Source: Candidatus Micrarchaeota archaeon (GTDB lineage: Archaea > Micrarchaeota > Micrarchaeia > Micrarchaeales > CABMGC01). From it: a stretch of DNA of 64,000 nt. Within the stretch, counting starts at the first letter, position 1. Each line of letters opens with the position of its first letter. Both the position numbers and the translations under genes were made by a program. Positions 1-9,230 of the stretch are shown one piece after another. The notes under the pieces are model-generated. The model saw only the letters and a list, made by a program, of their open reading frames with translations, searched no databases and was not told the origin of the DNA. The DNA lies in the NCBI GenBank assembly GCA_021796225.1, contig JAJYOL010000001.1, positions 3,471 to 67,470 of the forward strand. Reading direction: 5' to 3'.

Positions 1-87
1 TTTTGTATTTCAGATACGAGCTTTTCCACAGGGGCAAGTTCCAGCATAAAAACACAATACTTATAATATACGTCAACACTTTAAATT

Positions 88-759
88 GTGCGTATGATTA
101 TGGAAGTTGAACGGTTGTTTAACGGAGTATTCCGCATAAGCGGCAAACTTGCCACGGAGAATCTTGCTCCAGGAATAAAGGTTTATGATGAAGAATTGAT
201 ACGTGACGGGAAAAAAGAATACAGAACATGGAATCCTTATAGGAGCAAGCTCGCTGCTGCCTTGCAAAAAGGGCTCAAACACATGGAAATCAACAGCGGA
301 GACAACGTTCTGTATCTCGGCGCGGCAACCGGTACGACCTGCAGCCACATAAGCGATATAATAGGAGACAATGGCAGCCTGTTCTGCATAGAAATTTCCG
401 AGAGGAGCATGCGCGACCTGTTGAAATTGTGCGAACACCGGGGCAATGTCCTGCCGATGCTTCAGGATGCGCGGAACGTATCCGCTTACGGAAAGGATGT
501 CGGCACCGTTGACGTGATATACGAGGACGTAGCCGCGCCGGACCAGGCGGAGATGCTGCTATACAACAGCGAACTGCTGAAGAAAGGGGGATTGGCGTAC
601 GTTGCGATAAAATCACAGAGCATAGACGTATCGAAGGCACCTGCAGAAGTTTACGATGCATTCATCAAGAAAGTATCAAAGAATTTCAAACTGATCGAAT
701 CAATCAACATAGAACCGTTTGACCGAATGCACCTCTTCGTTGTTTTAAAGAAACTTTGA
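88..759 (+). CDS. flpA: Fibrillarin-like rRNA/tRNA 2'-O-methyltransferase
   Basis: 223 aa. Full-length similarity to archaeal fibrillarin; SAM-binding motif VLYLGAATGTTCSHISDI; conserved C-terminal region. Confidence 0.9.
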   Translation: MRMIMEVERLFNGVFRISGKLATENLAPGIKVYDEELIRDGKKEYRTWNPYRSKLAAALQKGLKHMEINSGDNVLYLGAATGTTCSHISDIIGDNGSLFCIEISERSMRDLLKLCEHRGNVLPMLQDARNVSAYGKDVGTVDVIYEDVAAPDQAEMLLYNSELLKKGGLAYVAIKSQSIDVSKAPAEVYDAFIKKVSKNFKLIESINIEPFDRMHLFVVLKKL

Positions 760-805
760 TACCGGGAAGAAATGGCGCGTATACCTACTATGCCATAATC
801 AATAA

Positions 806-1717
806 ATGGTTTCCAGTAAAAGAAAAACCATGCACAGGCTACAGTCCGCGATGGAATACCTCATGACCTACGGATGGGCGATATTAGTCATAGCGGTTGT
901 TCTAGGCGTTCTCTATTCCCTCGGGATATTCAGTCCTTCGAACTTCGCGCCGAAGGCTTCTCCGGGATCATGCCAAGTTTTCAGACCAAATGGGCCCGGG
1001 ACGGGTTATGACGTTAATCTGGAAGGGACGTGCAGTGGCGAACTGCCGGAGTATGTGGCACAGTTTATTCAAGGTAAAAATTCATGGATTGAACACACTT
1101 CCTCAGTACTTCCTAATGGCACTAGTAACGCCACCATAATGGCATGGATAAATCCGGAAGTACTTCAAGGTGGCGGATCATATTCCGGGATTGCCAGAAT
1201 AGATGGTGAAAGTTCAATACAAGGGAGTGGTCTCCTTTTGTCCATACAGAATGGTAGTGGGAGGCCTTCAATGGCTACATGGTCCAACGATTATGTTCCT
1301 TCAACTGGACCTAGTGTAAATTATAATTCATGGAATTTCATTGCTGTAACGGTAAATAACAAAATCGTTACTTTATACTTGAATAATCTGTCCGAAACTG
1401 GTACACTCGCTGTGCCGATGTCACTAAAGCAAAATGGGGCTATCAAAAATTTTGCAATAGGTTCTACTGATGATCCAGGCAGGCTTTTTTATGGCTCAAT
1501 CGCAAATGTACAAATTTACAATACCTCTCTCACAACAAATGATATTACTGCTCTTTATGACGAAGGAATAGGCGGTGCGCCAATCGACATCCAAAACCTT
1601 GTTGGGTGGTGGCCGCTCAACGGAAATGCGAACGACTACAGCGGAAACAACAATGACGGTGTGCCTACCAATGTCCTGTTCACCGGTTCGTGGCAGTCGG
1701 GATATACTGCTCCTTAA
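806..1717 (+). CDS. Class III signal peptide (type IV pilin-like) protein with LamG-like jellyroll, paralog 1
   Basis: N-terminus RLQ|SAMEYLMTYGWAILVIAVVLGV matches the archaeal prepilin signal and hydrophobic helix. Conserved Cys pair GSCQVF...EGTCSGELPEY. LamG_3-like motifs AQF.G..S.I ... ANVQIYN.SL...I.ALY. C-terminal WWPLNGNANDYSGNNNDG motif. The true start may be a downstream Met (MHRLQ...). Confidence 0.8.
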   Translation: MVSSKRKTMHRLQSAMEYLMTYGWAILVIAVVLGVLYSLGIFSPSNFAPKASPGSCQVFRPNGPGTGYDVNLEGTCSGELPEYVAQFIQGKNSWIEHTSSVLPNGTSNATIMAWINPEVLQGGGSYSGIARIDGESSIQGSGLLLSIQNGSGRPSMATWSNDYVPSTGPSVNYNSWNFIAVTVNNKIVTLYLNNLSETGTLAVPMSLKQNGAIKNFAIGSTDDPGRLFYGSIANVQIYNTSLTTNDITALYDEGIGGAPIDIQNLVGWWPLNGNANDYSGNNNDGVPTNVLFTGSWQSGYTAP

Positions 1718-1800
1718 AGGTCTGTGAAAAAATTAATCTGATAATGCAATGCAAGTCTAAATGCAATACTAATTAAATCCTTCCGAGTGCATTATCAAAC

Positions 1801-2637
1801 ATGCGTGTAAACAAATATTTGAAGGACATAAAGAACATGCATTTCTCGGAACTAGAGTGCGATTGTTGCGGTTCTCCTGTTTACAGTACGCATCCGGATT
1901 CAGGCTCATTCTGTCATTTCTGCGAGGCATTTACCACCACGCTCAAAGGGCAATCGCCGAATCCCGATGCAGTTGTCATATTCAAGGCGCAGTCACTTAT
2001 GCGTGCAGGAAATCATTCCGCGGCGGCTGACACTCTCGAACAGCTTTCCAAACCTGACGATATACAAACCTTGTTTGGTGCAGGAATGGTTTATTGGGAA
2101 CTTTCAGATGCAATTTACGGCGCAGTAAACTACACCCTTCCAGGATTTATGGAAAAGAATGCCCTTCAAAGAAATGATGAATTTGACAAAAACAAGTATA
2201 ATGCAATGCATCTGCTGTCCAAATCAAAATCCCTGTTGTTCGAATTGCTTTACAACGCAAAGCATGAAGGCACAAACGTACTACCATCCGTGCAATATCT
2301 CGTATTCGCAGCGCAGATGAAACTCCATAGGAGGCTTGATGCTGAACAGTCACTTAAGATCATGCTCTCCGCATCAAAGGATTCACTAACATCCCACTAT
2401 TCTTCAATGGTTTATCATGTAGATACTGAAGGAGAAAAAGCAGATACGTACATAAACAGCGTATCATCGGTAAACGAGATAAATGCGTTGTTCTATCTTG
2501 CACGAAATCTCATAAAGAAACATAACGTTCCCGAAGCCCGCAAGGTCCTCGAATCTCTGGTTTCCATGGTATACATGCCAAAAGCACTGACACTGCTCGG
2601 AAAGATACAAGATTTAGAAGACAAGATAAGACTTTAG
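1801..2637 (+). CDS. Hypothetical protein with N-terminal zinc ribbon (CDCCGSP...CHFCE) and helical repeat region
   Basis: 278 aa ORF with four Cys in CxxC spacing near the N-terminus. No confident family assignment. Confidence 0.45.
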   Translation: MRVNKYLKDIKNMHFSELECDCCGSPVYSTHPDSGSFCHFCEAFTTTLKGQSPNPDAVVIFKAQSLMRAGNHSAAADTLEQLSKPDDIQTLFGAGMVYWELSDAIYGAVNYTLPGFMEKNALQRNDEFDKNKYNAMHLLSKSKSLLFELLYNAKHEGTNVLPSVQYLVFAAQMKLHRRLDAEQSLKIMLSASKDSLTSHYSSMVYHVDTEGEKADTYINSVSSVNEINALFYLARNLIKKHNVPEARKVLESLVSMVYMPKALTLLGKIQDLEDKIRL

Positions 2638-2708
2638 ACTGTTGGATTTAAGGATCCACTCGGTAACGCAAAACGGAGGCAAACGATATTAACCGCAATC
2701 GCAATTAT

Positions 2709-3959
2709 ATGTTGATACGTATATGTAAGAAAGATGTGGTTATAACGGACTGTCCAAGAGCCTACAAATTCAGAATCTATCCCGATGCAGCAAGGCAGGG
2801 AGAGATAGACGAGAGACTAACTCTTGCGCAGCAGTTCTACAATAAACTTCTTGAGAAATCGATTCAATCATATAAGAACGGCAATCACAAAGTATCAATG
2901 GCGCAATTCAACAGATTCGTAAAGGAGGTAATATCGGAGGACAAGAAATTCCTGAAACTCTATTCGCAGACAAGATGCGAGATAGAATACAGGCTTATGA
3001 AGGCATACCAGAACTTCTTCAGGAGAATCAAGGAAGGGAACAAGAAGGCAGGTTTCCCAAGATTCAGGTCAAGAGACAGATACAAGTCAATAACTTATCC
3101 ACAGGACAACGGTTCCTTCTCAATTCACAAAGGAAGGCTCAGGGTTTCAAGGATAGGGACTATGCCGATAGAATTGCACAGGCCAATAAAAGGCAAAATA
3201 AAGACGCTTTCAATCAAGAGGGATGCCGATAAGTATTACGCAATTTTCACTGCTATGACTGAAATCAAGATTCCAGAAGTGGAAAATTCAAATCCGGTAG
3301 GAATAGACCTGGGGCTAAATTCATTCATCGCACTTTCTGACGGAACAAAGATAGAAAAACCGAAGTTCATGCAACAAAAGAGAAAGAGGATTGCCATCTG
3401 GCAAAAAAGAGTTGCAAGAAGAGATAGGGGTTCGAAGAGACGGGAGAAGGCAAAGGCAGGTCTCCGGAAGGCGTACGAACACATAACAAACCAATCGGAT
3501 GACTATCTGCACAAGTTGTCGAAAACACTGGTGACCTCAGGATACACTTCATTCGCAGTAGAAGACCTTCAAATTCAGAATATGGTAAAGAATCACAGGT
3601 TGGCAGGTGCGATTCATGACGCTTCATGGAACAGGTTCATCCAACTGCTCTCATACAAGGCTGAAAGTGCTGGTTTGAGTGTAGTCAAAGTGGATGCAAG
3701 GAACACCTCAAAGGAATGCAGTAATTGTGGCAACATCCAAGATATGCCACTCTCGGAGAGGACATACAACTGCCAGAGATGCGGAATGTCAAAAGACAGA
3801 GATATAAACGCATCGATAAACATATTGCATAGGGCAACTACCCTCGGACAGAGGGAAGGTCACGCTCAGGGAGAGAATGTAAGACCTCAACAGGAGGCAG
3901 TTCTCGAAGAACTGAGAACCGATAAAACACATCCTTTGCGGGATGCAGTGATTGCATGA
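2709..3959 (+). CDS. tnpB: IS200/IS605-family TnpB (OrfB, RuvC-like RNA-guided nuclease), solo copy
   Basis: N-terminal YKFRIYPD motif. Central RuvC-like region. C-terminal zinc finger CSNCG...CQRCG followed by DRDINASINI, typical of the TnpB RuvC-III region. Confidence 0.85.
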   Translation: MLIRICKKDVVITDCPRAYKFRIYPDAARQGEIDERLTLAQQFYNKLLEKSIQSYKNGNHKVSMAQFNRFVKEVISEDKKFLKLYSQTRCEIEYRLMKAYQNFFRRIKEGNKKAGFPRFRSRDRYKSITYPQDNGSFSIHKGRLRVSRIGTMPIELHRPIKGKIKTLSIKRDADKYYAIFTAMTEIKIPEVENSNPVGIDLGLNSFIALSDGTKIEKPKFMQQKRKRIAIWQKRVARRDRGSKRREKAKAGLRKAYEHITNQSDDYLHKLSKTLVTSGYTSFAVEDLQIQNMVKNHRLAGAIHDASWNRFIQLLSYKAESAGLSVVKVDARNTSKECSNCGNIQDMPLSERTYNCQRCGMSKDRDINASINILHRATTLGQREGHAQGENVRPQQEAVLEELRTDKTHPLRDAVIA

Positions 3960-4010
3960 ATGCAGAGGAAGCCCACACCGTTTACGGGTGGGAGGATGTC
4001 ACACTCCATA
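3960..4010 (+). ncRNA. Putative TnpB-associated omegaRNA / right-end element (hairpin CCCACACCG-TTTA-CGGGTGGG followed by AGGATGTCACACT)
   Basis: Immediately 3' of the tnpB stop. The same hairpin architecture and the GGGAGGATGTCA(C/G)ACT motif recur after the second tnpB at 54313..54345. Confidence 0.45.
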
Positions 4011-4039
4011 TCGCATGTATGTAACGCGCAATTAGATCG

Positions 4040-5819
4040 GTGGATATCATGGCAGGCATTCCTGAAAACAAACGCGCATTTCTTTCAAATGGGCTGACTT
4101 CCGCGATAGAACTTTCCGGCTCTATCGATTGGTTTCCTTGTCCGCGTTTCGATTCCCCCTCTTTATTCAGTAAAATACTTGATGAAAAATCCGGGGGGAA
4201 GTTCTCAATCCGTCCGGAACAGGAATATTCCGTTGAGAGCGTATATCTCCCAAAGACTCTTGCACTGGAAAGCACCTTTACAACAAAGGACGGGAAATTG
4301 AAACTTACGGATTTTATGCCAATAGGCGTGCCTTCGATAATTCGGATGTTTGAATCAGAAATTCCTTTCATAGCGGAAATAGATCCTATCTTCGACAATG
4401 CCATGACACGCCCATCCATTGAGGAGTTGGAACAGGGTTACGTATTCAAAAATTACAAAACGTCAGAAAGTTTTGAGGTCCGCTTTACCGGAAACTATGA
4501 GATATTAGGGCGGGGTCTCGTAAGATTTCTTCCCGGAAATGGGCACATACTCTCCATATATTTCAAAAACTTCAAATACGGCCTTTTCAGCAAGAAGGGT
4601 TTCGTATATCCATTTCCAAAAGAGGCTCTTGGGATAACCACGGAATATTGGGAGAGCCAGGTATCTGCAGCACGCGACGTGAAAAATTTTACGGATGCGT
4701 ATTACAGGTCTATAGCTGTAATGATAGGGCTCATGTATTTTCCATCGGGCGGAATTATAGCGGCTCCAACCTCATCGATACCGGAAATAATCGGGCAGAG
4801 CAGGAATTGGGACTACCGTTACGTGTGGGTAAGGGATTCTGCATATGCGATAGAGGCTCTTGCAAATGCGGGTCTTGTATCGAAAGCTTCCAGAATACTT
4901 AATTTTCTGATAAGCGTTCTCGACCCATCATCAAAGAGCTTTGATCATCCTCTTTTTCAGATAGACGGCACCGCCCCCCCCTCCAGAGGAAGAATTGGGA
5001 TGGCTGCAGGGATACAAATCGTCAAGACCCGTACGCATCGGCAATGCGGCATATCAGCAGGTCCAAATGGATTGCGAAGGAGCGTTCATCGACGCTTTGC
5101 ATACGTATGTGGCTAAAACACAGGATTTCAATTATCTTAAAGAGAACATGTGGGCCGTGCATTCGATAGCGAAATGGACGGAATCGTCATGGAAATTGGA
5201 CGGTACTTCATTATGGGAAGAACGCGAAGTAGGCAGGCATTACGTTCATTCGAAGGTCATGTGCTGGGTGTCCATGGACAGGGCGGCAAAAATGGCGCAA
5301 ATGCTGGAAAACAACACTGAAGCTGCCAAATGGCACGCGGAAGCCGACAAAATAAAGAAAGACATTTTGGAAAAAGGGATCTCGAAGACGCATGGCGGAT
5401 TTACCAAATATTATGACGGAGAAGAAACGGATTCATCCCTGCTTCTGCTTCCCCTCTACGGATTTGTCGATGCAAATGATCCTGTATTTTCAAAAACGCT
5501 GCGTCAGATAGAAAAGGAATTGATTACAAAGGAAGGGCTCATGATTCGATACAAATCCGACATGATGGGCAGCATAGTAAACCCGTTTACGCTTCTGAAC
5601 GCATGGCTGGCAAGAGTCTACATAAAACGTGGCGAAATCGACAAGGCTAAGGCAACAATAGACACCATGCTGAGTTATGCCAACGATCTGCTCCTTTTTG
5701 CAGAGCATGTAAATGCCGAGACAAGGGAACCTCTTGGGAATTTCCCGCAACTCTTTCCACATGCTGGTTTAGTACAGGCAATACTTGAATACGAGGATGC
5801 AGTTTCCTCTAAAAAGTAG
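4040..5819 (+). pseudogene. GH15 glucoamylase-family glycoside hydrolase, interrupted by a +1 frameshift in a C8 homopolymer (4974..4981)
   Basis: The N-terminal SIDWFPCPRFDSPSLF region matches archaeal GH15. The C-terminal part continues in another frame with PPPEEELGWLQGYKSSRPVRIGNAAYQQVQMDCEG (GH15 motif) and then DYRYVWVRDS. The two ORFs, 4040..5116 and 4995..5819, overlap. Confidence 0.7.
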
Positions 5820-7259
5820 TCAACCCTTTATTACTGCTATTGGTTCGTTTCGCGATACGGGCGCGGCAAGATTTGCCCTTTCCACTACGCCTATCACACT
5901 GTCAATGTCCTTGTAAGTCCACTCGGATTCTTCGCTTACCAGCTTGCGGGTGCGTATCCTTATCTCAATGCCTTTTTTGCTCAACGAATCGAATGTCGCC
6001 GATGCCGGTATTTCCCTCAATGCCTGGTGCCTTGACATGACTCTTCCGGCACCGTGGCATGCGGATCCCAGCGTTTCTTCCATCGAGCCTTCCTTTCCGC
6101 AGAGAACATAACTTGCCGTGCCCATGCTTCCCGGTATGATTACCGGCTGTCCGAAATCGCGGAAAGCTTTCGGAACTTCCTTCATGTTCTTCGGGAATGC
6201 TCGTGTGGCGCCTTTTCTATGGACGTACAGCTTCATTTTCTTTCCATTTACCGTATGCTCCTCAAGCTTCACTATATTGTGCGCCACGTCGTATAAAACC
6301 TCCATGCCCATCGAATCGGAGCTCTTTTCGAATACTTCTTTAAAGCTGGTTCTTATCGAATTTGTTATAATCTGCCTGCTTGTAAATGCGAAATTGACTG
6401 CGCATTTCATCGCTTTAAGATAATCTTCAGCTTCCTTATCCTCTATTCTGGCATAGCTCAGTTCTCTGTCCACGAGCGTTATCCCCTTTCTCTTTTGATA
6501 TTCGTCAAGAAGTCTCACATAATCGCTGCATATTTGGTGCCCGAATCCGCGCGATCCCGTATGCACCATGACAACCATCTGCCCTTCATAAAGACCGAAG
6601 GCCTTTGCGGTTTTTTTGTCAAAAACCTTCCCTATCCGTTGCACTTCCAGAAAATGATTTCCCGCTCCCAGGGTTCCGAGCTCAGTGAGCCCTCTCTTCC
6701 TTGCCATCTGACTTACGCTTGAAATATCCGCGCCTTCCATAGCTCCGTTTTCTTCAGTATGTTCAATATCCTTGTCAATGCCGTATCCCTTTTCCACTAT
6801 ATAACCGGCTCCTTCTTCGACGACTTTTTTCAAATCCGATTCCGTCAATCCTATTCTCAGTCTGCTGCCGACGCCGCTCGGTATGTTCTTGAACAATGCA
6901 TCAGAAAGCTGTGCGATTTTCGGCCTTATTTCCTTTTCATCAAGATTGGTTTTTATTAGACGTACTCCGCAATTAATGTCAAAACCGACGGCTCCGGGAG
7001 AGACTATCCCCTCATTAGCGTCGAAACCGACGACTCCCCCTATGGGGAATCCGTATCCTTCATGCCCGTCAGGCATTACCATGACGTCCCCGGCTATTCC
7101 CGGGAGAGTTGCCGCATTCCGCGCCTGCATTAGCGTATGGTCCCTTTTCATCTTTTCAAGCATCTGGTCGTCGGTATAAATGGTCACGTTGGTCTTCATT
7201 CCAAGCGATTCGTCCTTCTCTATCCTGAACTTTACGTCGTTAATCTTTTTGATCTCCAT
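5820..7259 (-). CDS. rtcB: tRNA-splicing ligase RtcB
   Basis: 479 aa. Motifs MPDGHEGYGFPIGGV, DINCGVRL and HTGSRGFGHQ. Confidence 0.92.
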   Translation of the reverse strand: MEIKKINDVKFRIEKDESLGMKTNVTIYTDDQMLEKMKRDHTLMQARNAATLPGIAGDVMVMPDGHEGYGFPIGGVVGFDANEGIVSPGAVGFDINCGVRLIKTNLDEKEIRPKIAQLSDALFKNIPSGVGSRLRIGLTESDLKKVVEEGAGYIVEKGYGIDKDIEHTEENGAMEGADISSVSQMARKRGLTELGTLGAGNHFLEVQRIGKVFDKKTAKAFGLYEGQMVVMVHTGSRGFGHQICSDYVRLLDEYQKRKGITLVDRELSYARIEDKEAEDYLKAMKCAVNFAFTSRQIITNSIRTSFKEVFEKSSDSMGMEVLYDVAHNIVKLEEHTVNGKKMKLYVHRKGATRAFPKNMKEVPKAFRDFGQPVIIPGSMGTASYVLCGKEGSMEETLGSACHGAGRVMSRHQALREIPASATFDSLSKKGIEIRIRTRKLVSEESEWTYKDIDSVIGVVERANLAAPVSRNEPIAVIKG

Positions 7260-7387
7260 CCGCTCACTGGCACTGTTATATCGACATTAGGTGCGAAAAA
7301 TAACATAAACTATAAATATAAGTTAAGTTAACATATAGAAGGGGTTCAAGTCTTTTAATAATATGTGTTAGATAATTAATGGATGTT

Positions 7388-7485
7388 GCAGGGGTGGCGG
7401 AGCCTGGTCAAACGCGGCAGACTCAAGATCTGCTGGCTTAGGCCTGCGGGAGTTCAAAGCATTTGAACAAATCTCTCCCCCTGCA
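7388..7485 (+). tRNA. tRNA-Leu(CAA) with a putative 13-nt non-canonical intron in the T-loop (7459..7471)
   Basis: Acceptor GCAGGGG/CCCCTGC. D-arm GCGG/ACGC. Anticodon stem GCAGA/TCTGC with loop CTCAAGA. Long variable arm TGGCTTAGGCCTGC. T-stem GGGAG/CTCTC with the loop interrupted by GCATTTGAACAAA, which pairs with exon GTTCAAA. Discriminator A. Confidence 0.65.
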
Positions 7486-7506
7486 CATCTATATAAACGT
7501 GATAAT

Positions 7507-8274
7507 ATGGCAGCAAAATCAAAAACTCACCAAAAGGCAAACAGGACTGGGAAGGTCTCAAGGGCAGCATCAAAGACGAGCATATCGAGAACAAGCCCTT
7601 CAAGACAGAGACCGCAGCATTCACCTAAGAAGGCAAAGATGAAGGACAGAGTAATGCTTGACATACCTCATTACCCGCAGACCGAGGATTTCACGAGCTC
7701 GGCGGCATGCGCCATGATGGTATTGAAGTTCATAAACAACAATTTCCCATTCAAAAAGGACAACGAATACGATATCTGGCAGGAAGCCGTAAACGGGAGC
7801 GTATGGCACGGATCAAAATACGGGCTTGCATATGCATTGGCAAAGCGCGGTGCGGATGCTAAGATAATCAGCAATACGAAGGACGAAGGATACGATAAGA
7901 AGCTCGCAGTTTATGAAAACATAAATCTCGATACGCTTACCGCATCATACAACGAAATAAAGCAGAAATCGGAAGCGCACAACGTCGGGGAGGAACACAG
8001 CATAGTGACCATAAATTCGATAAAGAAGGCATTGTCGTCCAACAACATACCTATAGTGCTCATAGATGCGAATACGATAAACCCCTACATGGATTCATCG
8101 CCGCACTGGGTTGTCGTAAAGGGCTATGACAAGGATGCATTCTACATAAATGATCCTTATTCGGACAATACGATAACGCTTGATCCTGAAATATTCAAGT
8201 CCTCTCTCGGGTTTGACAACAACTATCACATGATACTTGTAAATTCGAGATCGAGAGGCGGCGGAAGAAAGTAA
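7507..8274 (+). CDS. Peptidase C39-like (papain-fold cysteine peptidase-like) domain protein with Lys/Arg/Ser-rich N-terminal tail
   Basis: C-terminal HWVVVKGYDKDAFYINDPY pattern is typical of C39-like domains. N-terminal 45 aa is basic and low-complexity. Confidence 0.5.
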   Translation: MAAKSKTHQKANRTGKVSRAASKTSISRTSPSRQRPQHSPKKAKMKDRVMLDIPHYPQTEDFTSSAACAMMVLKFINNNFPFKKDNEYDIWQEAVNGSVWHGSKYGLAYALAKRGADAKIISNTKDEGYDKKLAVYENINLDTLTASYNEIKQKSEAHNVGEEHSIVTINSIKKALSSNNIPIVLIDANTINPYMDSSPHWVVVKGYDKDAFYINDPYSDNTITLDPEIFKSSLGFDNNYHMILVNSRSRGGGRK

Positions 8275-8312
8275 CGCTTCTCCACACTCAAATTTCGCCG
8301 GGTGCGCATCAA

Positions 8313-8639
8313 ATGCGTGATGAGAAGATAATAAAGGAAATTGCGTCGGAGAGGATTACCCGGCTCATAGAGCTCTCCGAAAAAACGTATCTTTCAAAGA
8401 ATCCCGATCCCATATTATGCAAGAGATACGTCGCGTTGGCACGTGAAATCGGTTCGCACTACAAGATACGCATACCGCGTTCCGAAAAACTCAAATTCTG
8501 CAAAAAATGCGATTCTGTGCTCATTCCAGGAAGGAATTGTACGGTAAGGCTTTCCAAAGCGTCGGCAATATACAAATGCGATTGTGGGAACGAAACGCGT
8601 TTTTTCTACGGCAGAAAGGGCAAACATTCAGACAAATAG
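8313..8639 (+). CDS. rnp4: RNase P protein component 4 (Rpr2/Rpp21 zinc-ribbon subunit)
   Basis: 108 aa. Helical N-terminus plus zinc ribbon CKKCDSVL...YKCDCG. Confidence 0.7.
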   Translation: MRDEKIIKEIASERITRLIELSEKTYLSKNPDPILCKRYVALAREIGSHYKIRIPRSEKLKFCKKCDSVLIPGRNCTVRLSKASAIYKCDCGNETRFFYGRKGKHSDK

Positions 8640-9164
8640 CTATTCTACTCCTAATTTATGGAGCAGACCTGTAAGAAACTGCGGAAGCGCCTCTGGCTTT
8701 CCAAGCGTTATTACGGTCTTTTCGGTTTCTATCGGATTTTTCGTGAGCACTCCTCTGTACAGGGTAGCAAGCCTTCTCGATTCCTCATCTTTAGGCGCGG
8801 CTATCTTCAAATCCGTTATAATGTTGGCACGGGCGAGTATCTTAATCGCATTTCCAACTCCTGCCACAATCTTTCCCCCTTCGTAGAAATGCCTTACGAT
8901 ATCAAGCAGAGGCCTGTAATCATACATCTGATACTGGTCAATTCCGGGACCGTCGGCAAGAAATATCCCGTCAAAATCGACCGTCCGCACCATGTCCACG
9001 TTCAATGCCTGATGAACGACCGCACCATGATAGCCGTGGCACATCGTTCCCTTATCCGGGCTGACTATTACCGGCTCTATGTGCCATTTTTGCAGGAAAT
9101 CACGCACCGCGACAACAGTTTCGTCCCTGAATCCCTTATGCGGTATTACAAGTGCTATCCTCAT
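8640..9164 (-). CDS. DJ-1/PfpI family protein
   Basis: 174 aa. Nucleophile-elbow Cys in MCHGYHG; class I glutamine amidotransferase-like fold pattern. Confidence 0.75.
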   Translation of the reverse strand: MRIALVIPHKGFRDETVVAVRDFLQKWHIEPVIVSPDKGTMCHGYHGAVVHQALNVDMVRTVDFDGIFLADGPGIDQYQMYDYRPLLDIVRHFYEGGKIVAGVGNAIKILARANIITDLKIAAPKDEESRRLATLYRGVLTKNPIETEKTVITLGKPEALPQFLTGLLHKLGVE

Positions 9165-9230
9165 GACTTACCTTCGGATAAAACAAATAAAAATGTGCGC
9201 CCGCATTTCCATTGCACGTGAAATTGCGGT

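Noticed and set aside
2638-2708. Left end or TnpA for the first tnpB
   Set aside because: No CCCAC-type hairpin or HUH transposase upstream. It is treated as a solo TnpB.
3982-4419. 145 aa minus-strand ORF
   Set aside because: Overlaps the N-terminus of the GH15 gene, which has clear family motifs.
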